From the NCBI GenBank assembly GCA_963768175.1, contig CAVYGQ010000001.1, positions 382,305-446,304 on the forward strand: 64,000 nt of DNA. The letters are read 5' to 3'. The position numbers and the translations under genes are program-made. The DNA comes from Candidatus Doudnabacteria bacterium (lineage in GTDB: Bacteria > Patescibacteriota > Doudnabacteria > UBA920). How positions within the stretch are numbered: the stretch's first letter is position 1; each line of letters opens with the position of its first letter. The notes under the pieces were generated by a model, which was given only the letters and a program-made list of their open reading frames with translations, made no database searches and had not been told where the DNA came from. Positions 9,469 through 16,603 of the stretch are shown here, one piece after another.

Positions 9469-9906
9469 AATATTATAACCTCCGGTACTCCCAATCCCTC
9501 CCCTATCCACATCGCGCAAAGCGTTTACCTCTTTCCACTGCGCCTGTTCGGATTTTAAAAATATTCCTTGCGCCAATCGCTCGCCTTTTTTTACTCCCAC
9601 AGGCGCACCGGTAAAATTATACACTATTATATAGACTTCGTCGTTCGGTCCCGCGTAGTCCGGATCCACCACGCCTATGCCGTTGGCCATAGCCAAACCC
9701 TTTTTTAAAGGCAGGCTACTACGGGCGGCTATAAGCAAAAAATGGCCTTTGGGAGCCGCAATTACCAATCCCGTAGGTATTTTTGCCACCTCGCCGGGAG
9801 CTACCGTTACGTTAGCCGCCGAAGCAATATCAAACCCGGCGGATTCGGAAGTATGGTATTTGGGAAGTTTAATATTTTTGCTTAATCTCTTTATTTTAGC
9901 CTTCAT
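9466..9906 (-). CDS. dut: dUTP diphosphatase
   Basis: dUTPase motifs SAGFDI, ARSSL, GVVDPDYAGP and RGGIGSTGGY. Confidence 0.9.
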   Translation of the reverse strand: MKAKIKRLSKNIKLPKYHTSESAGFDIASAANVTVAPGEVAKIPTGLVIAAPKGHFLLIAARSSLPLKKGLAMANGIGVVDPDYAGPNDEVYIIVYNFTGAPVGVKKGERLAQGIFLKSEQAQWKEVNALRDVDRGGIGSTGGYNI

Positions 9907-9929
9907 AGAATAAATGACAAGATTGATAA

Positions 9930-9990
9930 GATTTAAATGATTGACAAGAATAGCTGTACAGAATTCTTGTCATTCATGTCATTGTTGTCA
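9930..9990. repeat. variant family A-like palindrome (gattgacaagaatagctgtacagaattcttgtcattcatgtcattgttgtcattc)
   Basis: Carries a GTCATT-type inverted repeat around a central agctgtacag core. Confidence 0.5.
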
Positions 9991-10542
9991 TTCTTTTAAT
10001 TTGATTAATATTTCATCAATCTTCCCAAACAACTCCTCTAAACTTCCTTCATTCACAATCGTCCAATCCGCACGCGCTATGGGGCCGGCTTGATTTAAAT
10101 TTTCAATCTGGGATTTGTCGCGTGATTCCAGTTCTTGTGCGGAAAGCGGCCTTTGCGGCCGTTTAGCCATGCGGGCCGCGCGCGTCGAAAAAGAAGAATA
10201 TATCGCTAAAACCTTAAATGCCTGCCCAAATTCTTTTTCCATAGCCAAGGACTCTTCCCAGCTGTATAAGCTTTCTATAATAACCGATGATGTTACAAAA
10301 AATTTTTTTACGGCCAGCAAATTGGCAACTGCCATTGCGGCCATGCCGTTTTGGGATCGAAATTCTTCGCGAACTAACTTCTCGTTTGCCTCGCTTAAAG
10401 ACAAACCGCGCTTTTGAACTTCATCCAAAACAGCCTGCCCGAAATAAACTTTGGGCCAACTAGTCTTCTTAAGCAGATAATCGGTTGTTTCTGTTTTTCC
10501 GGCTCCGGCTAAACCAACCACGGCAAGAACAATATTTGACAT
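9988..10542 (-). CDS. P-loop NTPase, putative (deoxy)nucleotide/nucleoside kinase (paralog 2)
   Basis: 184 aa; P-loop VVGLAGAGKTE, and the C-terminus ADWTIVNEGSLEELFGKIDEIL is paralogous to 8809-9369. Confidence 0.45.
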   Translation of the reverse strand: MSNIVLAVVGLAGAGKTETTDYLLKKTSWPKVYFGQAVLDEVQKRGLSLSEANEKLVREEFRSQNGMAAMAVANLLAVKKFFVTSSVIIESLYSWEESLAMEKEFGQAFKVLAIYSSFSTRAARMAKRPQRPLSAQELESRDKSQIENLNQAGPIARADWTIVNEGSLEELFGKIDEILIKLKE

Positions 10543-10545
10543 AGA

Positions 10546-10642
10546 TTAAATGACAAAAATTAAATAAATGACAAAATTGACAAAAATGCAAATCAGCTAA
10601 TTTTTTAATTTTTATTATTTTTGCTCATTTTTGTCATTTCCC
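10546..10642. repeat. family A intergenic palindromic element
   Basis: taaatgacaaaaattaaataaatgacaaaattgacaaaaatgc ... atttttgctcatttttgtcatttcc. Confidence 0.75.
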
Positions 10643-11163
10643 ATTTTTACCCTGCCTTCGTTTTGGCGAACCGGTATGTCTTCGGAAAAAATCTGTCCCA
10701 ATTCCCGCTGCCATTTTGGGTTTTCGGCATAAATTTCCACTTTTACCCCGGCTTCTTTAAGCATATCCAAAGCGGCGGGGTTCCTGTAAACTTTGCCGAT
10801 GACAACTCTTTTAACGCCGGCGGCAATAACATATTTGGCGCAGTGGATGCATGGGCTGTACTTGGTATACATTGTGGAGCCGTCCGTACTGGTACCACCC
10901 TGCTTGGCCGCCTGAAGCAGCGAATTATGTTCGCCGTGGATAGTGCGCACGCAATGCCCTTCTTCCAAAAGATGCCCGACGTCGTCGCAGTGCGGCAGGC
11001 CCGGCGGCGAGCCGTTATAGCCCGTGGCGATTATGCGGTTATCTTTTACCAAAACCGAACCCGCGTACAGCCGGTCGCAGGTCCCCCTAGAAGCCACAAT
11101 TTTGACTATTGCCATGAAATAATCGTCCCAAGAAGGCCTAAAATGCTTGCGTTCTTCTACCAT
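10615..11163 (-). CDS. dCMP deaminase (ComEB/CDA fold)
   Basis: Zinc ligands HAEHNSLL and PCIHCAKYV, typical of the deoxycytidylate deaminase family. The likely start is MVEERKHF at 11163. Confidence 0.85.
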   Translation of the reverse strand: MVEERKHFRPSWDDYFMAIVKIVASRGTCDRLYAGSVLVKDNRIIATGYNGSPPGLPHCDDVGHLLEEGHCVRTIHGEHNSLLQAAKQGGTSTDGSTMYTKYSPCIHCAKYVIAAGVKRVVIGKVYRNPAALDMLKEAGVKVEIYAENPKWQRELGQIFSEDIPVRQNEGRVKMGNDKNEQK

Positions 11164-11265
11164 AGTATTAACGACAAGAATGACATGATTGGGCAAGAAT
11201 GGCAAAAATTACAAATCTAAATCGTGTCAATCTTTTAATTCTTTTAAATCTTGCTCATTTCATCT
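11164..11265. repeat. degenerate family A-like element
   Basis: gacaagaatgacatgattgggcaagaatggcaaaaatt ... tcttgctcatttcatc. Confidence 0.4.
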
Positions 11266-11354
11266 ATTCTACACCAATTTTGGCCGGTTGACAAAATCCA
11301 AAAAAACAAAAAAACCTTAATAAATTAAACAGTTTTGGACGTCTTTTATCCTTT

Positions 11355-11388
11355 TGTTGCACTTACGCCCGGCCGAGCGTAAGTGCAA
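11355..11388. promoter_or_regulatory. perfect hairpin/palindrome GTTGCACTTACGCC-CGGCCG-AGCGTAAGTGCAAC abutting the -35 of promoter P_A
   Basis: 14-bp arms; operator- or terminator-like. Confidence 0.5.
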
Positions 11389-11390
11389 CA

Positions 11391-11419
11391 GTTGACAAAA
11401 AACTTTAAATGCCTTAAAA
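11391..11419 (+). promoter_or_regulatory. near-consensus sigma70 promoter P_A (TTGACA-17-TAAAAT)
   Basis: TTGACA at 11391-11396, a 17-nt spacer, and TAAAAT at 11414-11419. Confidence 0.6.
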
Positions 11420-11427
11420 TACCCACA

Positions 11428-11505
11428 AATGAGCAAATTCATCTCTTCCAGCATAATCATTATTATTACTCCGACGCCGCTTGGCATGGGAAGAGTTTTA
11501 GTGTA
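11428..11505 (+). CDS. 25-codon leaderless ORF MSKFISSSIIIIITPTPLGMGRVLV (leader-peptide-like or small hydrophobic peptide)
   Basis: The ATG lies about 8 nt after the -10. Five consecutive Ile codons (ata atc att att att) occupy 11452-11466. Stop TAA at 11503. An intrinsic terminator follows 20 nt downstream. Confidence 0.45.
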
Positions 11506-11524
11506 AATTGATTTAAACTCCAAA

Positions 11525-11553
11525 CCCCTAGCCTAAGCGGCTAGGGGTTTTTT
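11525..11553 (+). terminator. intrinsic terminator CCCCTAGCC-taa-GCGGCTAGGGG + T6
   Basis: Stem-loop followed by TTTTTT. Confidence 0.7.
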
Positions 11554-11715
11554 GTTGATGATTTTGTAGTGTGCCGATTTATCGGCCTTCATCGATCGCC
11601 CATAAATGGGCACGCTACACTTGTGACCGGAAAGACGGCAATTTAATAAAACTGCTATCTTTGCGGCCAGAATCTGTGGCCGAATCCAAGACAAACCCAA
11701 GGAGGGCAACTAAAG

Positions 11716-12008
11716 TGAGCTGGCATATATACGACGCGACAGTAGCATCGCGGCAGGAAGATGGCACCATAGCTGTGCATTTGGTAGGCGCAGACATGGA
11801 GCCGCTCAGCATTAGCGGAACTGTGCTGATGGCAGAACGACTGACCACCATTGTGGTCCACAGCACCGTAACCGATAGCGGCAAACCGCTGTTCACTCCG
11901 CGCAACGATGTACTCTACCTTGATCCGGAATCCGGAAAGGCAGCGTACGATCCTTCCGTACTCGTTCCCGGCCTCGAGGCCGAGGAACCTTCTCTCGTAG
12001 GGGTCTGA
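11716..12008 (+). CDS. hypothetical small protein (97 aa), GC-rich (about 58%)
   Basis: GTG start 7 nt after a perfect SD AAGGAGG. Composition is foreign relative to the flanks. A terminator lies at 12039-12086. The alternative upstream GTG at 11571 lacks an SD. Confidence 0.5.
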
Positions 12009-12038
12009 TATGAAAAACCCCAAAACAGCTCTTTCTTC

Positions 12039-12086
12039 CGGCAGTCGGCGTGCTTTCAGGTCGCCGCCGACTGCCCACCCTTTTTT
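12039..12086 (+). terminator. intrinsic terminator CGGCAGTCGGCG...CGCCGCCGACTGCC + T6
   Basis: GC-rich stem followed by cacccTTTTTT. Confidence 0.7.
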
Positions 12087-12092
12087 ACAAAT

Positions 12093-12121
12093 TTGACAAA
12101 CTTTTACCAATCCTTTAATAT
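12093..12121 (+). promoter_or_regulatory. near-consensus sigma70 promoter P_B (TTGACA-17-TAATAT)
   Basis: TTGACA at 12093-12098 and TAATAT at 12116-12121. Confidence 0.6.
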
Positions 12122-12128
12122 ACCAACA

Positions 12129-12224
12129 ATGCACCGAAATAATTTAAACAATTTAAACCTCTTGCTTAGCCTCCTTACTTTTGTAAGGGGTTTTGGGCTT
12201 AGATTGCAAGCATCTCCGGTATAA
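12129..12224 (+). CDS. 31-codon leaderless ORF MHRNNLNNLNLLLSLLTFVRGFGLRLQASPV (Leu-rich leader-peptide-like)
   Basis: The ATG lies at the predicted TSS. There are 5 Leu in a 6-residue run (LLLSLL) and 3 more upstream. Stop TAA at 12222. A terminator follows 26 nt downstream. Confidence 0.45.
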   Translation: MHRNNLNNLNLLLSLLTFVRGFGLRLQASPV

Positions 12225-12250
12225 ATTTTAGGCAAATCTAATTTTCCTTA

Positions 12251-12271
12251 AGCCCCGCAAGGGGCTTTTTT
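12251..12271 (+). terminator. intrinsic terminator AGCCCC-gcaa-GGGGCT + T6
   Basis: Stem-loop followed by TTTTTT. Confidence 0.7.
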
Positions 12272-12344
12272 GTTGATAGAAAAATGTTTATCGTTTTGGT
12301 GAATATTTTTGTATCTATAAATTCTATGTTCAAGGAGGATAGAG

Positions 12345-12677
12345 GTGATACACCTAGTGGGAATTAAAGCATTCCAGAGTTACGAATCTCACGCAGAAGC
12401 TGTTTTCCTTATCGGCGGAAAGGAAGTCAGAGACACGATTACCGCAATTGACCGAATCAGCGTGAATAAAGTCAAAGGGTTCCAATTGCAGTTTGGCGCA
12501 CTGATGGTCGTGCTATTCCCCGATATTAACGGCGGTGTGGGCGCCGCCAGTGACGGCGATGAGACGCTGGAGGAATTGCAGCGCGCAATACCTCCGTTTC
12601 TCGGGACATCCGGCAACAGATACCCCAACCCGGATGACGATCCGGTTACCTGGGTCGCCGCTCGTTGCGGGATCTAA
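12345..12677 (+). CDS. hypothetical small protein (110 aa), GC-rich
   Basis: GTG start 6 nt after SD AGGAGG. A terminator lies at 12737-12779. No recognisable domain. Confidence 0.5.
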   Translation: MIHLVGIKAFQSYESHAEAVFLIGGKEVRDTITAIDRISVNKVKGFQLQFGALMVVLFPDINGGVGAASDGDETLEELQRAIPPFLGTSGNRYPNPDDDPVTWVAARCGI

Positions 12678-12736
12678 CCATACTGCTTCACCTCGCCTGC
12701 CCAAGCCCACCGGCCAAAGCAGGCAAACGCAACAAA

Positions 12737-12779
12737 GCCGGCAGACGCAAACCTACGCTGCCGGCTTCATCATTTTTTT
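12737..12779 (+). terminator. intrinsic terminator GCCGGCAG...CTGCCGGC + T7
   Basis: Stem-loop followed by ttcatcaTTTTTTT. Confidence 0.65.
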
Positions 12780-12854
12780 GAATTTCAAAAAATCATTATC
12801 AGCACTCTGTTTCACCAGCATCCCCCAAGCCAGAGACGGCGTTGAAAAAACACA

Positions 12855-13295
12855 TTAGTGAAAATTTTTAGAAAAATCCACTATTTCATAATTCGGCGGG
12901 GGGTCGCCTTTAAATAATTTTTCCTGGACAACTTTTAAAATCTCTTCAAAATTGTTCTCTGACTTTATCAAATACGCTTCTACGTTCAAACTCTTGGCCT
13001 CTTCCATTTCTTCCATACCGGAAAGGTTACTTAATACTATGACCGAAGTGTTGGCAATATTTTTGTCGGGATATTCCCGAATTCTTTTTAAAACATCCAA
13101 GCCTTTAATCTTCGGCAACAGCAAATCCAAAATTATTAATTTGGGCAAATGGAAGAGCAGTTTTTCCATTGCCTGTGAGCCGTCCTCGGCTATAGCGACT
13201 TCAAGTCCGTGTCCGGAAAGATAAGCGCTCAGGGCATTGCGAAAATCCAAATCATCCTCAATAATTAAGACTTTTTTTGAATTGTCGTCTGTCAT
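12855..13295 (-). CDS. single-domain response regulator (receiver/CheY-like)
   Basis: KVLIIEDDLDFRN, phospho-acceptor region ILDLLLPK, conserved T/S and K positions. There is no output domain. Confidence 0.85.
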   Translation of the reverse strand: MTDDNSKKVLIIEDDLDFRNALSAYLSGHGLEVAIAEDGSQAMEKLLFHLPKLIILDLLLPKIKGLDVLKRIREYPDKNIANTSVIVLSNLSGMEEMEEAKSLNVEAYLIKSENNFEEILKVVQEKLFKGDPPPNYEIVDFSKNFH

Positions 13296-13364
13296 AAAAA
13301 AAATTTAATTTTTTTAGATTACCTACCTTAGACTAAGTCACTGGCTGATGAACATTATCCGTTT

Positions 13365-13471
13365 TAGTAAACCCAGCACTAATTTTCCATCATACTCAAA
13401 TTTTTTTGTAATATATTTTGACACAAGTATTTTTCATCAAAATGTCAATTAAAGTGAAAATTAGTGCTGGG
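13365..13471. repeat. family D element: 16-bp terminal inverted repeats CCCAGCACTAATTTTC / GAAAATTAGTGCTGGG enclosing about 75 bp
   Basis: The right arm supplies the last 3 codons and the stop of the receiver gene at 13461-13895. A second copy is at 59715-59820. Confidence 0.6.
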
Positions 13472-13895
13472 TAAAATCCCACACTTCTTGGGTCTTTGCT
13501 TGGCTACTTCCAAACAAAATTTCTTTGATTTTGCCCATAACTTCTTTGGTCTTTGTCCGACTTTTAACAAAGTAGGCTAAAACGCCCATTTCCTGCCCCT
13601 TTTCAATATCGGCTTGGCTGGAGAGATTGCTCAAAATTATTACCGGCGTCTTGGCAATGTCTTCCTGCGGATAGCTTCTGATTCTTTTTAACACCTCAAA
13701 ACCGTGGACTTTTGGTAAAAGTAAATCCAAAACTACTATATCGGGATTTTGCGCCAACAGCCTTTCCATAGCCTGTTCACCGTCATCGGCTGCGCTTACG
13801 GAGAAGCCCTCAGCGGCTAAGGCGTCACGCAGGGAATTGCGAAAATCCAGATCGTCCTCAATAATTAAGATCTTTTTGAACATGTCGTCGGACAT
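13461..13895 (-). CDS. single-domain response regulator (receiver), paralog
   Basis: KILIIEDDLDFRN and VLDLLLPKVHG; paralogous to 12855-13295 and 18697-19101. Confidence 0.85.
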   Translation of the reverse strand: MSDDMFKKILIIEDDLDFRNSLRDALAAEGFSVSAADDGEQAMERLLAQNPDIVVLDLLLPKVHGFEVLKRIRSYPQEDIAKTPVIILSNLSSQADIEKGQEMGVLAYFVKSRTKTKEVMGKIKEILFGSSQAKTQEVWDFTQH

Positions 13896-14010
13896 GGCAA
13901 ATAGTGGATTACGGATAAAAAATGCAAGACTAATATCAATATACCAAAAACAGTCACGTTTTACAACGGGGCTGTTTTAACTTGCCACTTGTAACTTATC
14001 GCCCACCACC

Positions 14011-14694
14011 CTACATCTTCACCCTTATCCCCGGACCCATGGTAGAATTAACGGAAACAGAAGCGATAAATTGGCCCTTTATTGTAGAGGGTTTGCTTTG
14101 CAAAACCGCCTGATACAAGACTTTTAAATTTTCCAGTAATGCTTTGCTATCAAAATTGCTTTTACCGATAATTTGGTGGATATTGCCGCTGTCGTCATTT
14201 TTAAAGTTTACCTTGCCGCCGGCAATTTCCTTAATCAGCGCGCCAACATTGGCTCCCACAGTGCCGGTTTTGGGGTTGGGCATCAGGCCGCGAGTACCCA
14301 AAATCTTGGCTATTTGAGCCAATTTTGGCATTAAGACAGGCTCTGCCACGGCTACGTCAAAGTCGGTTTTCTCGGTTTCTTTAATTTTTTTAATCAGCTC
14401 TTCCCCGCCGATCACTGCCGCTCCGGCTTCCTTGGCTTCCTTTTCCTTGGCCTCGGTAACGAAAGCCGCCACTTTCTTGGTTTTGCCGCTGCCGTGAGGC
14501 AGGCTCACGGTGCCGCGAACGGCCTGGTCGGTTTTTTTGGCGTCTATTAATGTACGGACATGCACTTCCACAGACCCCGTAAACTTGGTATTGGCGGTCT
14601 TTTTGGCCAGTTCAATGGCCTCTTCAGGCGTATAGATTTTATCGACATCTACAAGCGCATTATTGGCTTTTACTCTTTTGGCAATTTTTGCCAT
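14011..14694 (-). CDS. rplA: 50S ribosomal protein L1
   Basis: 227 aa; MAKIAKRVKA...FTGSVEVHVRT...VRGTVSLPHGSGK matches the L1 consensus. Confidence 0.9.
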   Translation of the reverse strand: MAKIAKRVKANNALVDVDKIYTPEEAIELAKKTANTKFTGSVEVHVRTLIDAKKTDQAVRGTVSLPHGSGKTKKVAAFVTEAKEKEAKEAGAAVIGGEELIKKIKETEKTDFDVAVAEPVLMPKLAQIAKILGTRGLMPNPKTGTVGANVGALIKEIAGGKVNFKNDDSGNIHQIIGKSNFDSKALLENLKVLYQAVLQSKPSTIKGQFIASVSVNSTMGPGIRVKM

Positions 14695-14793
14695 AAACCT
14701 TTTCCTTTCGTGGTGTTAGTAAGTCCACATTCATACAGTCGTGTATGAATGTATCGCTCTCCCACAAATTAATTATTCTTATTTTTTATATAT

Positions 14794-15063
14794 TTAATTA
14801 TTTTCGCCGAGCGCTCTAGGCTCCATTATTGAAAGAAGGCGCTTTTTCGCAGCTTCATAACTTAACCTTGAACCTTTTTCTTTTTTCAACCTCATTAAAA
14901 CAAGCGTTGCTTGTTTTAATGCTTCTTCCCATTCTTCTTTTGGTGCATCATTTGGAAGGAAAAGATTTAGGGCATCCGCCACTGCTTCCGGGGTTTTACA
15001 AATGCTAAATGTTCGCTCCCAATCAACCCCTTCTCCACCAACAAAACGATATTCGCTAACCAT
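14794..15063 (-). CDS. hypothetical protein (89 aa)
   Basis: ORF between the SPFH gene and rplA; no recognisable motif. Confidence 0.35.
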   Translation of the reverse strand: MVSEYRFVGGEGVDWERTFSICKTPEAVADALNLFLPNDAPKEEWEEALKQATLVLMRLKKEKGSRLSYEAAKKRLLSIMEPRALGENN

Positions 15064-15065
15064 AT

Positions 15066-15830
15066 CTAATCTCCTTTTCGTTCCCCTGCCAAGAAAGCTC
15101 GTATGTCTTTAACCGTGCTCATAAACTGGGCCGGGAAGATTATGGTGGAATTTTTTTCTACCGATATTTCCGCCATCGTCTGTAAATTCCGCAGTTGCAA
15201 GGCAATCGGATGCTTAGCGATAACGTCCGCGGCGTCGGCCAATTTCTGCGCGGAGAGGAATTCTCCTTCCGCGGCAATTATCTTGGCGCGCTTTTCGCGT
15301 TCGGCCTCGGCCTGCTTAGCCATAGCCCGTTGCATATTTTCCGGCAGTTCAATATCTTTAATTTCCACCAAGGACACAATTACGCCCCACGGCTCGGTGT
15401 GCGTGTCCAAAACCGTCCTGATTTCCTGGTTAATAGTCACCCTTTCGGAAAGAATCTCATCTAACTGGAACTTGCCAACAATATTGCGGATGGTGGTTTG
15501 CGCTATTTGGTTAATGGCTGACATCACATTCTCAATAGCCACGATGCTTTTGACCGCGTCCACTACCTGATAATAGGCCACGGCGGAAATATCTACAGAG
15601 ACATTATCTTTAGTGATTATTTTTTGCGGCGGAATCGGCAAAGTAATGGTGCGCAAATCCACTTTTCGGACTTTGTCTATATACGGAATGACCATAGTTA
15701 AACCCGGCTGCTTAATACCGACGATTTTCCCGAAGCGGAATACCACGCCTTTTTGGTACTGCTGGATAACGCGGAAGGCGGGAAGGATAAAGAAAACAAA
15801 GATGATGATGACTAACGAGAGAATGTCCAT
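15066..15830 (-). CDS. SPFH/band-7 (stomatin/prohibitin-like) membrane protein
   Basis: N-terminal TM helix, an SPFH core, and a C-terminal coiled coil (AKQAEAEREKRAKIIAAEGEF). Confidence 0.8.
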   Translation of the reverse strand: MDILSLVIIIFVFFILPAFRVIQQYQKGVVFRFGKIVGIKQPGLTMVIPYIDKVRKVDLRTITLPIPPQKIITKDNVSVDISAVAYYQVVDAVKSIVAIENVMSAINQIAQTTIRNIVGKFQLDEILSERVTINQEIRTVLDTHTEPWGVIVSLVEIKDIELPENMQRAMAKQAEAEREKRAKIIAAEGEFLSAQKLADAADVIAKHPIALQLRNLQTMAEISVEKNSTIIFPAQFMSTVKDIRAFLAGERKGD

Positions 15831-15837
15831 AGGGTTA

Positions 15838-15930
15838 AATGAGCAAAAATGACATAATTGACAAAAATGAGCAAAAATTACTGCAGCTCTATTTTCGTCG
15901 TTTTTGTCACTTTTTTAATTTTTGTCATTA
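15838..15930. repeat. family A intergenic palindromic element with a central CTGCAG core
   Basis: aaatgagcaaaaatgacataattgacaaaaatgagcaaaaattactgcagct ... tttttgtcacttttttaatttttgtcatt. Confidence 0.75.
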
Positions 15931-16350
15931 ATCAATTACTTCCACTCCCATGCTCCTGCACGTGCCGCGGATAATTTTTTCGGCGGCGGCAAGGTCGTTG
16001 GCGTTTAAATCCTGCATTTTCTTTTCCGCAATCTCCCGCACTTGTTTGGCGGTGATTTTGCCGACTTTTGTGGTTAAAGGATTTGCGGACCCTTTTGCCA
16101 AACCGATGGCTTTCATAATTAAATTGGAAGCCGGCGGAGTTTTAAGGACAAAACTAAAAGACCGGTCTTCGTAAATGGTCATTTGCACCGGGATAATCAT
16201 ATCCCCACCCGCGGTTTTATCGTTAAATTCTTTAACAAACTGGGCAATGTTAATGCCGTGGGGACCGAGCGCGGTGCCAACCGGCGGCGCCGGGGTAGCC
16301 TTGCCTGCCGGAAGCTGGAGCTTTAACTGAACTTTGATCTTTTTAGCCAT
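15928..16350 (-). CDS. rplK: 50S ribosomal protein L11
   Basis: [35 protein letters not shown] matches the L11 N-domain. Confidence 0.9.
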   Translation of the reverse strand: MAKKIKVQLKLQLPAGKATPAPPVGTALGPHGINIAQFVKEFNDKTAGGDMIIPVQMTIYEDRSFSFVLKTPPASNLIMKAIGLAKGSANPLTTKVGKITAKQVREIAEKKMQDLNANDLAAAEKIIRGTCRSMGVEVID

Positions 16351-16393
16351 ACTTTTTTATGATGGTAGACCGCGATTAATTATTTGCGTCGTT

Positions 16394-16513
16394 CCCCCTC
16401 TTATTTATAAGAGGGGGGTTACCTGTCCGCCATAGCTTTATGCGACGGCGGAGGGGGTGATATTTATCTTGCGATAATATCCCCTCCTTGCCTCCCCTTA
16501 TTCTAAGGGGAGG
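16394..16513. repeat. cluster of three GC hairpins upstream of rplK
   Basis: CCCCCTCTTATTTATAAGAGGGGGG at 16394-16418, GGAGGGGG...CCCCTCC at 16450-16487, and CCTCCCCTTATTCTAAGGGGAGG at 16491-16513. Possibly a leader structure of the L11-L1 operon. Confidence 0.55.
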
Positions 16514-16603
16514 GAAACTGCACATGCGATCGAGACCCTTTGATAAATTCAGGGCCAACCATTCCTTTCAAAAATGAATTATGAATCTTAAATTAGGAAA
16601 AAA

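Noticed and set aside
11571-11715. Longer 145-aa version of the GC-rich ORF starting at GTG 11571
   Set aside because: No SD, low-GC N-terminal 48 codons, and it starts inside the terminator tail. GTG 11716 with AAGGAGG is preferred.
11925-11960. Group II intron domain-V-like hairpin (AGCGTACG...CGTACTCG) in the GC-rich island
   Set aside because: The stem is only about 6 bp, there is no AGC/bulge geometry, and there is no reverse transcriptase or other intron domain nearby.
16376-16558. 60-aa ORF between the membrane ORF and rplK
   Set aside because: Composed entirely of the GC hairpin cluster and Arg/Pro/Gly-rich; not coding.
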